Origin: Bdellovibrionales bacterium
GTDB taxonomy: Bacteria > Bdellovibrionota > Bdellovibrionia > Bdellovibrionales > JAGQZY01
Direction: 5' to 3'
Assembly (NCBI GenBank): GCA_043757265.1
Contig: JAYUQP010000022.1
Coordinates: 8,683-72,682, forward strand
Length of the DNA: 64,000 bases
Shown here: positions 1-8,977 of the stretch, piece after piece
Layout: every line of letters begins with the position of its first letter
Numbering within the stretch: the first letter of the stretch is position 1
Translations under genes and position numbers: made by a program
The notes under the pieces: generated by a model
The model's database searches: none
Seen by the model: the letters and a program-made list of their open reading frames with translations, nothing else
What the model was told of the DNA's origin: nothing

Positions 1-804
1 GATGGTACTGTTCACTCGAATATCAATATTTTTGTAATCCTCTGCTAGCTTGAAAAAATTCCTTGCGTTCTTTTCGACAACATTCCACTTTGAAGGAAAC
101 CGAATATATTCATTTAATCCTCGCAGACCATCAATACTCAGCCAAAGATAAATCTTTTTGTATGAGCGCCATGAATCGAGAATCTTTTCCGCAGGCCAGA
201 CCGTGACATTCGTATAGTATGTTAATTCAATATCAGAGGTCTTTCTCTGATTTAGAAATTTTAATATTTCAAGGTGAACTTTTGACAAGAACGGTTCTCC
301 GCCCACGAATTTGACTTCTGACAACATTGGTAGGCTCTGGAAAAGTTCAATAGAGTCAGTCAGACTCATCGTCTCTTTAACCTGATATGATTTGTTTAAC
401 TTTCTAAATTCGTTCTGAATGGCTGTACTTGATTGGGGGTCACACATTAGACACCGGAGATTACACTGATCTCCTAAAAAAAATTCTAACGATTCAATAT
501 CGTTAACCTTAACTATTTCAGAAGGCAATTCAGGTGGAGCATTCTTCAAATTAGAAACTGTTCGAAGACTTGGAAGGCTTACCGATTCTAATGTTTCACA
601 CTTTACACAACCTGCAATCTTTTTGCCTTCGAAAGAGTCCCGGCGCAGCTTTACTAATTTTTGATCGTTTAAACTATTAGTAAATGAGACTGTATCACTA
701 AGATTTATGAGCGTTATAGGCTCATAAGCGGTAAAGTTGCAACAAGGTACTAATTCTTTACCCGGACGGATGCATGCGTGCTTCCAAAAGTTTGAACATC
801 TCAT
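1..804 (-). CDS. radical SAM enzyme, twitch/SPASM-like family; C-terminus runs off the window start
   Basis: Not in the ORF track because it is open at the window edge. Hand translation of the reverse strand from ATG at 804 gives MRCSNFWKHACIRPGKELVPCCNF... and later LGDQCNLRCLMC, a CxxxCxxC radical-SAM cluster motif. The frame stays open to base 1. Confidence 0.7.
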   Translation of the reverse strand, partial: MRCSNFWKHACIRPGKELVPCCNFTAYEPITLINLSDTVSFTNSLNDQKLVKLRRDSFEGKKIAGCVKCETLESVSLPSLRTVSNLKNAPPELPSEIVKVNDIESLEFFLGDQCNLRCLMCDPQSSTAIQNEFRKLNKSYQVKETMSLTDSIELFQSLPMLSEVKFVGGEPFLSKVHLEILKFLNQRKTSDIELTYYTNVTVWPAEKILDSWRSYKKIYLWLSIDGLRGLNEYIRFPSKWNVVEKNARNFFKLAEDYKNIDIRVNSTI

Positions 805-959
805 ATTTCAACGACTCTACAAAGCAATCGCGCACCAGACTTCAACTGTTCTTTGCGCCAGTTCTTTTGATCTAAAATCTTTTGTAGGCGCAGGTGAATT
901 GGTTCTTGAAACCTAGTAATAGTTCGAAGCCTTCTATTCAAGCCTTTAAATTTGAACAT
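801..959 (-). CDS. 52-codon small ORF translationally coupled to the radical SAM gene (hypothetical)
   Basis: Hand translation gives MFKFKGLNRRLRTITRFQEPIHLRLQKILDQKNWRKEQLKSGARLLCRVVEI*. A GAGG lies 9 nt upstream of the ATG. The stop TGA shares bases with the rSAM ATG (ATATGA). It is below the ORF-track length cutoff. Confidence 0.3.
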   Translation of the reverse strand: MFKFKGLNRRLRTITRFQEPIHLRLQKILDQKNWRKEQLKSGARLLCRVVEI

Positions 960-992
960 TGGTGAAGGCCTCAGCGTAATTAAGTGCCATGC

Positions 993-2207
993 TTATTTCG
1001 TTTTCACTTCTTGCTTGGTTAATTTTGACTGTGTTTTAAAATCTAATGTTTCAAAGTTGTCTTTAGGAACTGCCATACTTTTTACATCTACAACAAACGC
1101 CTTTTCCATAACTCCAATGACAGGCGAAAAATAAATTAAACCATGATCATTCACTCTTTTTCTGAAAGACGTCACGTTTTCAAAGAAAAAGATTTTCTCT
1201 TTACTGGCAGCACTATTTTTGAGGAACTCAAGATCATATAACAACTGGTGAACCAAGTTTCTATTTTGAGTGATATACTGTGCAGCACTTTTCAAGAACT
1301 GGTTCGCCTTAACCATTTCACCTGTTTGTCGCTCAAGCCTGGCTGACTCAAGGGCATGAAAAAAGATCGCCAAATCGTACGTTACGATCTCCTTGAACTT
1401 TTGCAAACATTTTTTACTTTTGTCAGTCTCACCCCTCAAGCGTAAGGCCTGTGCCGCTAAAAAATGAAACCATGGCACATCCTTCACTTCAGTTGTGCAC
1501 TTTTCGATTTCTGCAGAATTGATTTGCTTTAGCAGCCCCAGTGACTTCTCCACATCCCCATCACCTAAGTAAACGACAGCTTTCACAAAAGATATCCATT
1601 GAGGGTTCATAAATTTAACAGAGTATTTATCGAGTTTTTCTATACAACGTCGATTTTCATTCAGATATCGAATTTCGCAATAGTACTCGAGCAAAGACCT
1701 GAATTTCAAATTGGGTAACTTTGCCAGACTTTCTTCATTTGCATCGAAAAAAACCATATAATCTTTAATCCGCCCTGATGAAACTATCTTTGAGACAAAA
1801 GAAACCAAATATATTTCCTGCTGGGCATTCGACCCTGCCATTATTATTTGAAGCGCGTCTGCTGCTGACTGTTTTGACGCAACTTCATCGAGCAAGTCCG
1901 AAAAAAGTTTTTGAGAGGCCGCATCAGCACCCTTGAAAAGGGCAGCATTGGGAATTTTTTTGATAAAAATGTCGTATTGAATTTTGTCCAGCTGAGCTAG
2001 CCGTCGAAGTCCGAGTGTAACGTTGGAGACACTAGTCTGCTTTTTTAAGGTCATCTCGATATTGAGACGGCGTTCGATAATTTTGACCTCTTTTTTCGGT
2101 TCGTTTTTTTGCCGGAGGCGCTCTAAAAATTCTCCAAAAGAATTGCTTTGTGCCTGGGCGTTCTGTGTAACTAATAAAAATGCGTACAGCAAAGTTAAGT
2201 ATTTCAT
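993..2207 (-). CDS. secreted helical-repeat (TPR-like) hypothetical protein
   Basis: 404-aa ORF with signal-peptide-like N-terminus MKYLTLLYAFLLVTQNAQA/Q. Helix-rich composition and no catalytic motif recognised. Confidence 0.5.
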   Translation of the reverse strand: MKYLTLLYAFLLVTQNAQAQSNSFGEFLERLRQKNEPKKEVKIIERRLNIEMTLKKQTSVSNVTLGLRRLAQLDKIQYDIFIKKIPNAALFKGADAASQKLFSDLLDEVASKQSAADALQIIMAGSNAQQEIYLVSFVSKIVSSGRIKDYMVFFDANEESLAKLPNLKFRSLLEYYCEIRYLNENRRCIEKLDKYSVKFMNPQWISFVKAVVYLGDGDVEKSLGLLKQINSAEIEKCTTEVKDVPWFHFLAAQALRLRGETDKSKKCLQKFKEIVTYDLAIFFHALESARLERQTGEMVKANQFLKSAAQYITQNRNLVHQLLYDLEFLKNSAASKEKIFFFENVTSFRKRVNDHGLIYFSPVIGVMEKAFVVDVKSMAVPKDNFETLDFKTQSKLTKQEVKTK

Positions 2208-2270
2208 TCCATCCCGACTCGTATTGAGACACCAATTGACAAGGTGTCGAATGCGTCATCTAATTATCTT

Positions 2271-2717
2271 ATGAACAACCGTCTTACAAAGAAAAAATCT
2301 GTTGTGCTTTTGCTGTCAATACTAACGATCACCCAACTCATTGTCATTGCCTTTCGGATCGATTTTTGGCCTTTTTCTTGCTATCCTATGTTTTCCAATT
2401 CCAAAACCGTTCCGACGACTGGGGCGTATCAACTCTTTGTGACAAAAGGTAACGGTATCCTTGAGCAGGTTCCCATGGAAGGACACAAACAAACATGGTT
2501 CGTGTTGAATCGGCTCGAAACCGACGTTAATGGCGAGGCTGAAAAATTAAAGGCAGAAAAGATCATGAAGGATAACTATAAGAGCTATCGAGAAAAAGTT
2601 GGGCGATCTGGAGACGACCATAAACAGCTGCAACTCTTTTTTACTAACGTAAGCAAAAGCCAAAACGCCGACAAATTCATCCAAGAGCGCAAACTTATTT
2701 ACTCAATAGAGCTATAA
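2271..2717 (+). CDS. small membrane-anchored hypothetical protein
   Basis: The ORF track starts at a GTG (2244). The first ATG at 2271 gives MNNRLTKKKSVVLLLSILTITQLIVIAF, one N-terminal TM helix. The stop codon abuts the next gene's ATG (1-nt spacer). Confidence 0.45.
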   Translation: MNNRLTKKKSVVLLLSILTITQLIVIAFRIDFWPFSCYPMFSNSKTVPTTGAYQLFVTKGNGILEQVPMEGHKQTWFVLNRLETDVNGEAEKLKAEKIMKDNYKSYREKVGRSGDDHKQLQLFFTNVSKSQNADKFIQERKLIYSIEL

Positions 2718-2718
2718 A

Positions 2719-3525
2719 ATGCTCAAGGTATTTGACGCAGAATCGTCGGATGTCAACCTTCGCGTTTTTAGGTTTTTGTACTGCTCTTTTCTGGCTTGCA
2801 TGCTCCCGAACAGAGCATTATTTTTTTTTTTCAACTCCGATCTTGGCCTTCATAGAGGAATTCTTTTTGCCCCTACCGGAATGCCTTTAAACGTAATAAT
2901 CCCTCTATTTATTTCACTCAACATAACGTTGGGCGTGTGTCTCCTTTTGGCGGCAGTTAATTACCGTCCCCGCTGGAACCTCACTGCGGCTACCATCATT
3001 TTTCTTTTGGTGAGCCAGCCAACCGAAGCCCACTTAAACCCCTATGATTCAAATATAGTTTTCTTTAACCTTCTTGTGCTCGCCCTGAGCTCTTCGCCCT
3101 ACTGGACTCTCCAAGCGTTAAAACTAAATTTAGCACTTGTCTACTTTTCAGCCTTCGTATCAAAGATGGTTAACGGAAATGGTTTGTTTTGGGCTAGCGG
3201 AACAACTCTGCAAGGCTACTTGCTGGAACGACATCTTATGACCGGAAATATTCTAGCTGGATGGCTTGCGGAAAATCTTTGGATCTGCTTCTTCCTAAGC
3301 TGTGTAACACTCGTTGCCGAAGGCACTTTTTGGACTGTACTTATCCCTTCTCGGCTCGCACCAGCCGTAGCCCTATCTGGATTCATGATGCACGTATCGA
3401 TCTATTTTATGATGAGTATAAATTTTCGATTCTTTATGCTTAGTTATCTTGTTTTTATGCCATATGAAAAAATCATTGAGTTTGCGAGGTCTCGGTTTTA
3501 CAGACAATCTCCTCATACATTTTAA
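2719..3525 (+). CDS. polytopic membrane protein, possibly HTTM-like
   Basis: 268 aa with about 7 hydrophobic segments. The N-terminal 'DVNLRVFRFLYCSFL' resembles the start of HTTM domains, but this resemblance is weak. Tightly coupled to the upstream small membrane protein. Confidence 0.45.
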   Translation: MLKVFDAESSDVNLRVFRFLYCSFLACMLPNRALFFFFNSDLGLHRGILFAPTGMPLNVIIPLFISLNITLGVCLLLAAVNYRPRWNLTAATIIFLLVSQPTEAHLNPYDSNIVFFNLLVLALSSSPYWTLQALKLNLALVYFSAFVSKMVNGNGLFWASGTTLQGYLLERHLMTGNILAGWLAENLWICFFLSCVTLVAEGTFWTVLIPSRLAPAVALSGFMMHVSIYFMMSINFRFFMLSYLVFMPYEKIIEFARSRFYRQSPHTF

Positions 3526-4090
3526 TGAGTGAGGCGGTAGGCACTTGGATATCGTTCACAAAAAATTTTAAAATAAAAAAGGCTTCAGTTTTTTTGCAGT
3601 AAATGCCGGCATAGATTAAACGCAGCTTAAAACTTTGGTAGTCGCAAACCCCAACCGATTTTCGCTCGTTGCTATATAATAAGACTCCCTTTTTCCACAA
3701 CATTTCATTTTGTATCGCAGCAAGCTCCTGCGGCCGGTATCTCGCGGGACACGACACATTTTGAGTAATACCTCCGCCATAAGGAGCTGGGTGATCCTTA
3801 TACAGGCCCACCAATTGCTCAAACTTTTGTGTCCACAGGCGACTGGCTTCTTTATCGTCTGTGGAAGTCCTTTCCATGTGAGCAGACCCATCAAGATTCA
3901 CTAAAGAAAAACGCGTCGTTTTTTGAGTTCTTTCTTCGCGAACAATTTCCATTTTGTCGAGGAACGCACTATTAAGAACTTGTTTCGAATTTGAAGAATC
4001 TTTTTTACAAGATATAATGAGTGTGAAGAAGGCGAGTAGAATGAACTGCCTCAACTTATAAACCCGAATTATTTTGAAAAAATTGCTCAA
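3473..4090 (-). CDS. lipoprotein, hypothetical
   Basis: 205 aa with lipobox-like FFTLIIS/CKKD. Overlaps the upstream gene by 35 nt on the same strand, consistent with an operon. Confidence 0.5.
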   Translation of the reverse strand: MSNFFKIIRVYKLRQFILLAFFTLIISCKKDSSNSKQVLNSAFLDKMEIVREERTQKTTRFSLVNLDGSAHMERTSTDDKEASRLWTQKFEQLVGLYKDHPAPYGGGITQNVSCPARYRPQELAAIQNEMLWKKGVLLYSNERKSVGVCDYQSFKLRLIYAGIYCKKTEAFFILKFFVNDIQVPTASLIKMYEEIVCKTETSQTQ

Positions 4091-5090
4091 GATTGACCTC
4101 CCTCACATTGAGAATTTTATACCCTAGATCCAAAATCGGAAAAGACATCACCTCTTTCCCATTGCGGGCGATACGCTTGATTTTATTTTTTGTCGTCGTG
4201 TCCGTAAAGAGCACATTTCCGTCACTTAAAACTTCTAACCCCCCGCAAACTTCCGAGGAAAAATTTTTTTTTGGGTTTGCTTGGTATCGCCACACTGTTC
4301 TTAAGCTTTGCGGATCTAATTCAACTAACGCCGAAAAAGATTCATTCCGGTCCTTTATTTGATTTACATACAGAGCTATATTTCCATTCTTCAAAACCTG
4401 AGCATCATGGTTAAAAGCAATTGTTTTCCCGTATTTGGGAAAATACCGTCCGGTCCACAGAATGTTTTGTAAATTCTTGTCTAAAATAAAAAAATTATCG
4501 AGACCTCCTGCATGCACGATAATATTCCCTGTCTGAAAGGCAGAGTTCTTTTTAGCAAATGCATTTTCTGGAATTTCATAGGCTGAATTTGCATGCGAAA
4601 ATTCGTATTTCACATTGGGGTAGAAGTCGTTCTCCCATGTCAGGGCAAAGCCATCGGTGATGGGTGGTTTCATTTTTCGTTTTATCTCTGTTATTTTTTC
4701 AAAAAAATCAAAGCTTGAGACTATTTTTCCATCGATACCAATTTTTACCACCAAATCAAAACGAGTCATTTTACCTTTGTAATTGTGCACCGTACTTGCA
4801 AGGGCTAAAAAGGTTCCGTCAGAAAGTTGGTTCAATGTATGGTGGAAGTGGCCTTTGATCCGCCACCGCTCATTGAACTGCGCGTCTTTTAAAAAGAGCT
4901 CCCGCGTCTTACGATCACGTCCTACCCAACTACCATCTTTTAGGAAGAGACATTGCCTGCCGTCGTACTGCCGAATGATTTTACCGCCGTAGTCGTAGAT
5001 GAGACATTCGGTGACAAGAAACTTGTTACCTGTTTTGCAGCCAGTGAGAGATACAAGGCAGGCTAGGAAAACAAGAATTGGAAGGCTCAT
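4056..5090 (-). CDS. lipoprotein, arylsulfotransferase (ASST)-like beta-propeller protein
   Basis: Canonical lipobox LVSLTG/CK. The motifs 'HHTLNQLSDGTFL', 'FSHANSAYEI', 'NHDAQVLKNGNIALYVN' and 'LEVLSDGNVLFTD' resemble the repeated HHD..NGN pattern of ASST-family propellers. Confidence 0.5.
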   Translation of the reverse strand: MSLPILVFLACLVSLTGCKTGNKFLVTECLIYDYGGKIIRQYDGRQCLFLKDGSWVGRDRKTRELFLKDAQFNERWRIKGHFHHTLNQLSDGTFLALASTVHNYKGKMTRFDLVVKIGIDGKIVSSFDFFEKITEIKRKMKPPITDGFALTWENDFYPNVKYEFSHANSAYEIPENAFAKKNSAFQTGNIIVHAGGLDNFFILDKNLQNILWTGRYFPKYGKTIAFNHDAQVLKNGNIALYVNQIKDRNESFSALVELDPQSLRTVWRYQANPKKNFSSEVCGGLEVLSDGNVLFTDTTTKNKIKRIARNGKEVMSFPILDLGYKILNVREVNLEQFFQNNSGL

Positions 5091-6376
5091 TTTCTTAATC
5101 TTTCCAATGAAGTGACGAAGTTTTGGGCTTCCACATACACGTGGTGTTTTGCTCCAAGGCTCTTCTTCAATGTCAAAAGCGGAGGGACCTTGAAGCTCGA
5201 TGAGAGGCTCGCGAACGCAGCGGGGATTTCTTTAAGAAAAGATAGCGATGGTAATTTTTCCAATTGCAGCAACAAGTTTTTGGCAATATCCGACGTATTT
5301 TCTTTGTCGCCAATGAGAGCGTAAATATAAAGTCTTTCAAGATCAAACCAGATCCAAGCTTGCAGATTGCCAACCATCAAGGATCCATACTCTCTTTTGA
5401 CTTCCTCTCCGTAGCTAACTGCTTCTTGAAAGTTGTTTTTTTTTCTTAGCAACTGCAAGCGCAACGTTTTTCCATAAAGTCGTTCCCAGGGGAAAGAGCT
5501 TGTTTGCAGACGCATTTTCACTTCGTGTTTGCCGAGAGCCTCCTCAGCCTTCACCAAATTGCCTGTCGAGAGAGTCATTTCCGCAACATACAGCTCGATC
5601 CATTGAATGAGCCCTGGGTCTGCCAGTTTTAATAATTTTTTATGAGCATTTTCGAACAAATCTGAAGCTTTTTTAAGATTTCCAGCATCGCGCAAATTCT
5701 TTGCTTTTTCTAGAGCCACCAATTGGCATAATATGGAGTCCGAATTATAGCTTTTTGAAAGAATATCCAGATAACGGTCGCATTCTTGGATTTTGTTCTG
5801 AAGACGCAGTGAAAAGCATGCGACCTTGGTTATCCACAACGCCACTTCCGGATTGTCTTTCGATACCTTTTCCAAAGGCAGCCGACGTACCCTCTCCAAA
5901 AAAATCCCGTTTTGTGCAAATGCGGGCGCTAGACGCGTTGCTTGGTTAAACCAGTTCTGGTTCCAAGCTTCTGGTCTCTGATCATTCTTAATCCATGAAT
6001 TAGAAATTAATAGGATTTCTTTAAGCCAATCAGCTCTCGCTGGCTTTTCTAAAGAAACTTTCACTAGGACTGCATCCAGCTGCGCAAAAATGGGAGCTTC
6101 GTGGCCGCTAAGCTTTGCCTCCTGATGCTTTAATTGCAACAAAATTTTATCTACGTTCGCTGAGTTACCTTGTTGGAGAGATTGGAGCAATGTTTTGAGA
6201 GTTTGAGAAACATCCAGAGGACTAAGTGAAAGTGGTGAGTTTTTTGTCAGACAGGCCTCAATGTGAGGGAGACCCACTTCATCGCAATTCATATTTGCCG
6301 CCAAGATATGGTTTACAGGGCTTACGAGAAATGAAGAACCTACAACAACTGCCAAAAGAGAAATAAAGCTTTTCAT
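5087..6376 (-). CDS. secreted helical-repeat (TPR-like) hypothetical protein
   Basis: 429 aa with signal peptide MKSFISLLAVVVGSSFLVSPVNHILA/A. There is a 4-nt overlap with the downstream ASST-like gene. Confidence 0.5.
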   Translation of the reverse strand: MKSFISLLAVVVGSSFLVSPVNHILAANMNCDEVGLPHIEACLTKNSPLSLSPLDVSQTLKTLLQSLQQGNSANVDKILLQLKHQEAKLSGHEAPIFAQLDAVLVKVSLEKPARADWLKEILLISNSWIKNDQRPEAWNQNWFNQATRLAPAFAQNGIFLERVRRLPLEKVSKDNPEVALWITKVACFSLRLQNKIQECDRYLDILSKSYNSDSILCQLVALEKAKNLRDAGNLKKASDLFENAHKKLLKLADPGLIQWIELYVAEMTLSTGNLVKAEEALGKHEVKMRLQTSSFPWERLYGKTLRLQLLRKKNNFQEAVSYGEEVKREYGSLMVGNLQAWIWFDLERLYIYALIGDKENTSDIAKNLLLQLEKLPSLSFLKEIPAAFASLSSSFKVPPLLTLKKSLGAKHHVYVEAQNFVTSLERLRK

Positions 6377-6508
6377 ATTTTACCGACCTGTAAGGAACCC
6401 GTTCAATTACATTGCACAACAATGCAAACTTTTTGTCTAGCTGGTAGGCATAAATCTAATTGCAGCAAAGTCATTACTAGATATACTGGTTCTATCTAGG
6501 GGGCTGCT

Positions 6509-8965
6509 ATGAGAGTTTTCTTTATCTTCGTATCCATTCTGATTATCTCTAAAAATACACTTGGCAAATCACCGTCGGACGCGAAGCTCGATTGGCTTGT
6601 TAAAAGCTTCAGCGCCGATCATGTTGCAAGAATCGATAAAGTTCAAAGTCCGTTTGCAAAGATTCCAAACACTTACTTAGACAAAAAAAAATGCTTGTTT
6701 GATGAGGCTGTTGCCCTGGAAATTGAGCAAAGACTTATACACTCGTGGGCTGCGTCTTGGAAAGATAAAAATATTGCGGCTTTTGGCTCTCTGTTGGGAG
6801 AAAACAGCCTCATAACAGATTGGAAAATTAAAAAAGCGAAGAGCGTTTCTCCACTCTACGACTCAACTAGCTGGACCGTGGGAGCTAAAGTCTCAACTCT
6901 GGCACCTGTCACCTCATTTTTAAAAGAATTCTTCACGATCGAGTCCGTACAGCTTGATTTTGTCGACATGGAAATTCCTGTAAGTTCACGCACGAAAAAT
7001 GGGACCAATTTCGCCAAAGCAAAGCTGCTTGTGCGTTTTGATATTCGCGGAATTGCAATGGACCAAAGCCGTAGAAACGATACAGGAACCTTTTTAGTAA
7101 ATATTTTTCGTAATAGTACGGAATGGAAAATTCAAGAGATTGAAGTCACTGCGGGTCAAACGATTGCTGCAAACAGAAAACTTTTTGAGGAAAATACGCT
7201 CAATGCAAAGCTGGATTCTATCCCTACACTTGTGAGAACGGAGGCCATTCGGCGGGGAGGATTTGCTCTCTCAGTCGCAGACTTCAATAACGATTTGATC
7301 GTTGATCTATTTGTTGGAACTGAAAAAAGCAGTTATTTATTAAAAGGTCGTGCCGATGGCACTTTTGCCCTTGATACTGATAACGATTTTTCTACAGAAA
7401 AATCTGTTAAAACTGCGATGTTTACCGACTTGGATAACGACGGGTGGCAAGATCTTGTGCTTGTTCATTTCGTCTACGATAAATTAAACACAATCTCACT
7501 CTACCGGAACACAAACGGACATTTTGTTAAATCAAAAAATAATCCCGAAAAGAATCCTCCCGACTACCCAATGCCTGCAGCCATTGGAGATTTTGATGCG
7601 GATGGTTTTATCGACATGTATGTGGGATTTCCAGGTGTAAAAGACTTCACAAATCTTGATTTTAAGTACAGTGCCAAGGCGACAATACCAACTACAAAGA
7701 GCCCTGAAGGGATTTATTTCAACAACAAACGTGGCGAGTTTTTACCCGCGGTTTGGGATTTTAAGAAAAAAACCAACGACGCAAGACTCAGCTCGCAAGA
7801 GGCTCGCGCAGCAGTCTTTCCGCATTCCGCTATTGCGGTCGATTATGACAACGATGGGCACCAAGACATCATAGTAATGGATGATCGCGGAGGTATAAGT
7901 CCAGTTTTTAAGAATATCGGAAATGGAAAATTTGAACAGGTTGCTGAGAAAATTGGGGTTTCCAACCATGGGTATGGAATGGGCGTAGCTGTAGCTGACT
8001 ACAACAACGACGGCGCACAAGACATAATAATGACAAACGTCGACTTTACCGCCGCTCATCGACTTTATAATAGCTGTCGGCAAAATCATGATATCGATGC
8101 CGCCGTCAATTTTAGTCAAGGACTCACAATCTACAAAAACACGGGCAAAGGACAATTTGTTAACGACACCCGCGCTGCGAATCTTTCATGGATTGGAGAA
8201 GGCGCCGGCGGCGCCGAATTTATTGATTTCGACAATGACGGTTGGCAGGATATCTACGTCGTCAACGGTCTGTGGTCAGGGACTACCCCAACTCAAGACC
8301 TTTCAAGCTATTTTGTTAGGGCGGTATTCACAACCATGGCTTGGGACCGCCCCGATCTAGATTATGGGAGATCGCATTTTATGAGCATTCTCTCGGATCA
8401 TAATGGTCCCCTCGACAAAAGTGGAAATGCAGTCGTCCCAATGCGCTTATCCATGGGTGGATTTCAAAGAAACCGGTTATTTCACAACAACCGGGATGGT
8501 ACGTTTTCTGAGATTGGATATATAGCTGGGGTTGACTCGTTGGCCGACGGCTACGTTGTTGCCAAAGCAGACCTGAACAAAGATGGATTTATGGACCTTA
8601 TTTTGAGAAATGCCGACCCAGGTACTAAAGACTACTTGTTTTCACCAGTGCAACTGTTTTTGAATAAAGGTGTTTCGTCGAAAAAAAGTATATTGATCAC
8701 ATTGCAAGGCCGAAGATCAAACCGTGACGGCATTGCTTCAAAAATCATCGCAAAAATTAAAGGGCAAAAGCAAAGCTACGAAGCCATAGGGAACAACGGC
8801 GCAGCTCAGAGCGAAAAAACCATCCACGTGGGACTTGGCGACGCAAAAAAAGCAGAAACATTAGAAATACATTGGCCTTCTGGAGAAAAAACTTTAATGA
8901 ATAATGTTCCCGCTGGAACTATAACGATCAAGGAGCCCACATCACAGCAAGTGAGTGGACTCTAG
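6509..8965 (+). CDS. CRTAC1-family protein (FG-GAP/VCBS repeats plus C-terminal ASPIC/UnbV domain)
   Basis: 818 aa with a signal peptide. Repeated Ca-binding FG-GAP cores are present: DLDNDGWQDL, DFDADGFIDMY, DYDNDGHQDII, DYNNDGAQDII, DFDNDGWQDIYVVNG and DLNKDGFMDLILRN. The C-terminus 'SNRDGIASKI...IHVGLGDAKKAETLEIHWPSGEKT' is typical of ASPIC/UnbV. Confidence 0.85.
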   Translation: MRVFFIFVSILIISKNTLGKSPSDAKLDWLVKSFSADHVARIDKVQSPFAKIPNTYLDKKKCLFDEAVALEIEQRLIHSWAASWKDKNIAAFGSLLGENSLITDWKIKKAKSVSPLYDSTSWTVGAKVSTLAPVTSFLKEFFTIESVQLDFVDMEIPVSSRTKNGTNFAKAKLLVRFDIRGIAMDQSRRNDTGTFLVNIFRNSTEWKIQEIEVTAGQTIAANRKLFEENTLNAKLDSIPTLVRTEAIRRGGFALSVADFNNDLIVDLFVGTEKSSYLLKGRADGTFALDTDNDFSTEKSVKTAMFTDLDNDGWQDLVLVHFVYDKLNTISLYRNTNGHFVKSKNNPEKNPPDYPMPAAIGDFDADGFIDMYVGFPGVKDFTNLDFKYSAKATIPTTKSPEGIYFNNKRGEFLPAVWDFKKKTNDARLSSQEARAAVFPHSAIAVDYDNDGHQDIIVMDDRGGISPVFKNIGNGKFEQVAEKIGVSNHGYGMGVAVADYNNDGAQDIIMTNVDFTAAHRLYNSCRQNHDIDAAVNFSQGLTIYKNTGKGQFVNDTRAANLSWIGEGAGGAEFIDFDNDGWQDIYVVNGLWSGTTPTQDLSSYFVRAVFTTMAWDRPDLDYGRSHFMSILSDHNGPLDKSGNAVVPMRLSMGGFQRNRLFHNNRDGTFSEIGYIAGVDSLADGYVVAKADLNKDGFMDLILRNADPGTKDYLFSPVQLFLNKGVSSKKSILITLQGRRSNRDGIASKIIAKIKGQKQSYEAIGNNGAAQSEKTIHVGLGDAKKAETLEIHWPSGEKTLMNNVPAGTITIKEPTSQQVSGL

Positions 8966-8977
8966 TTCCTTTTCATT

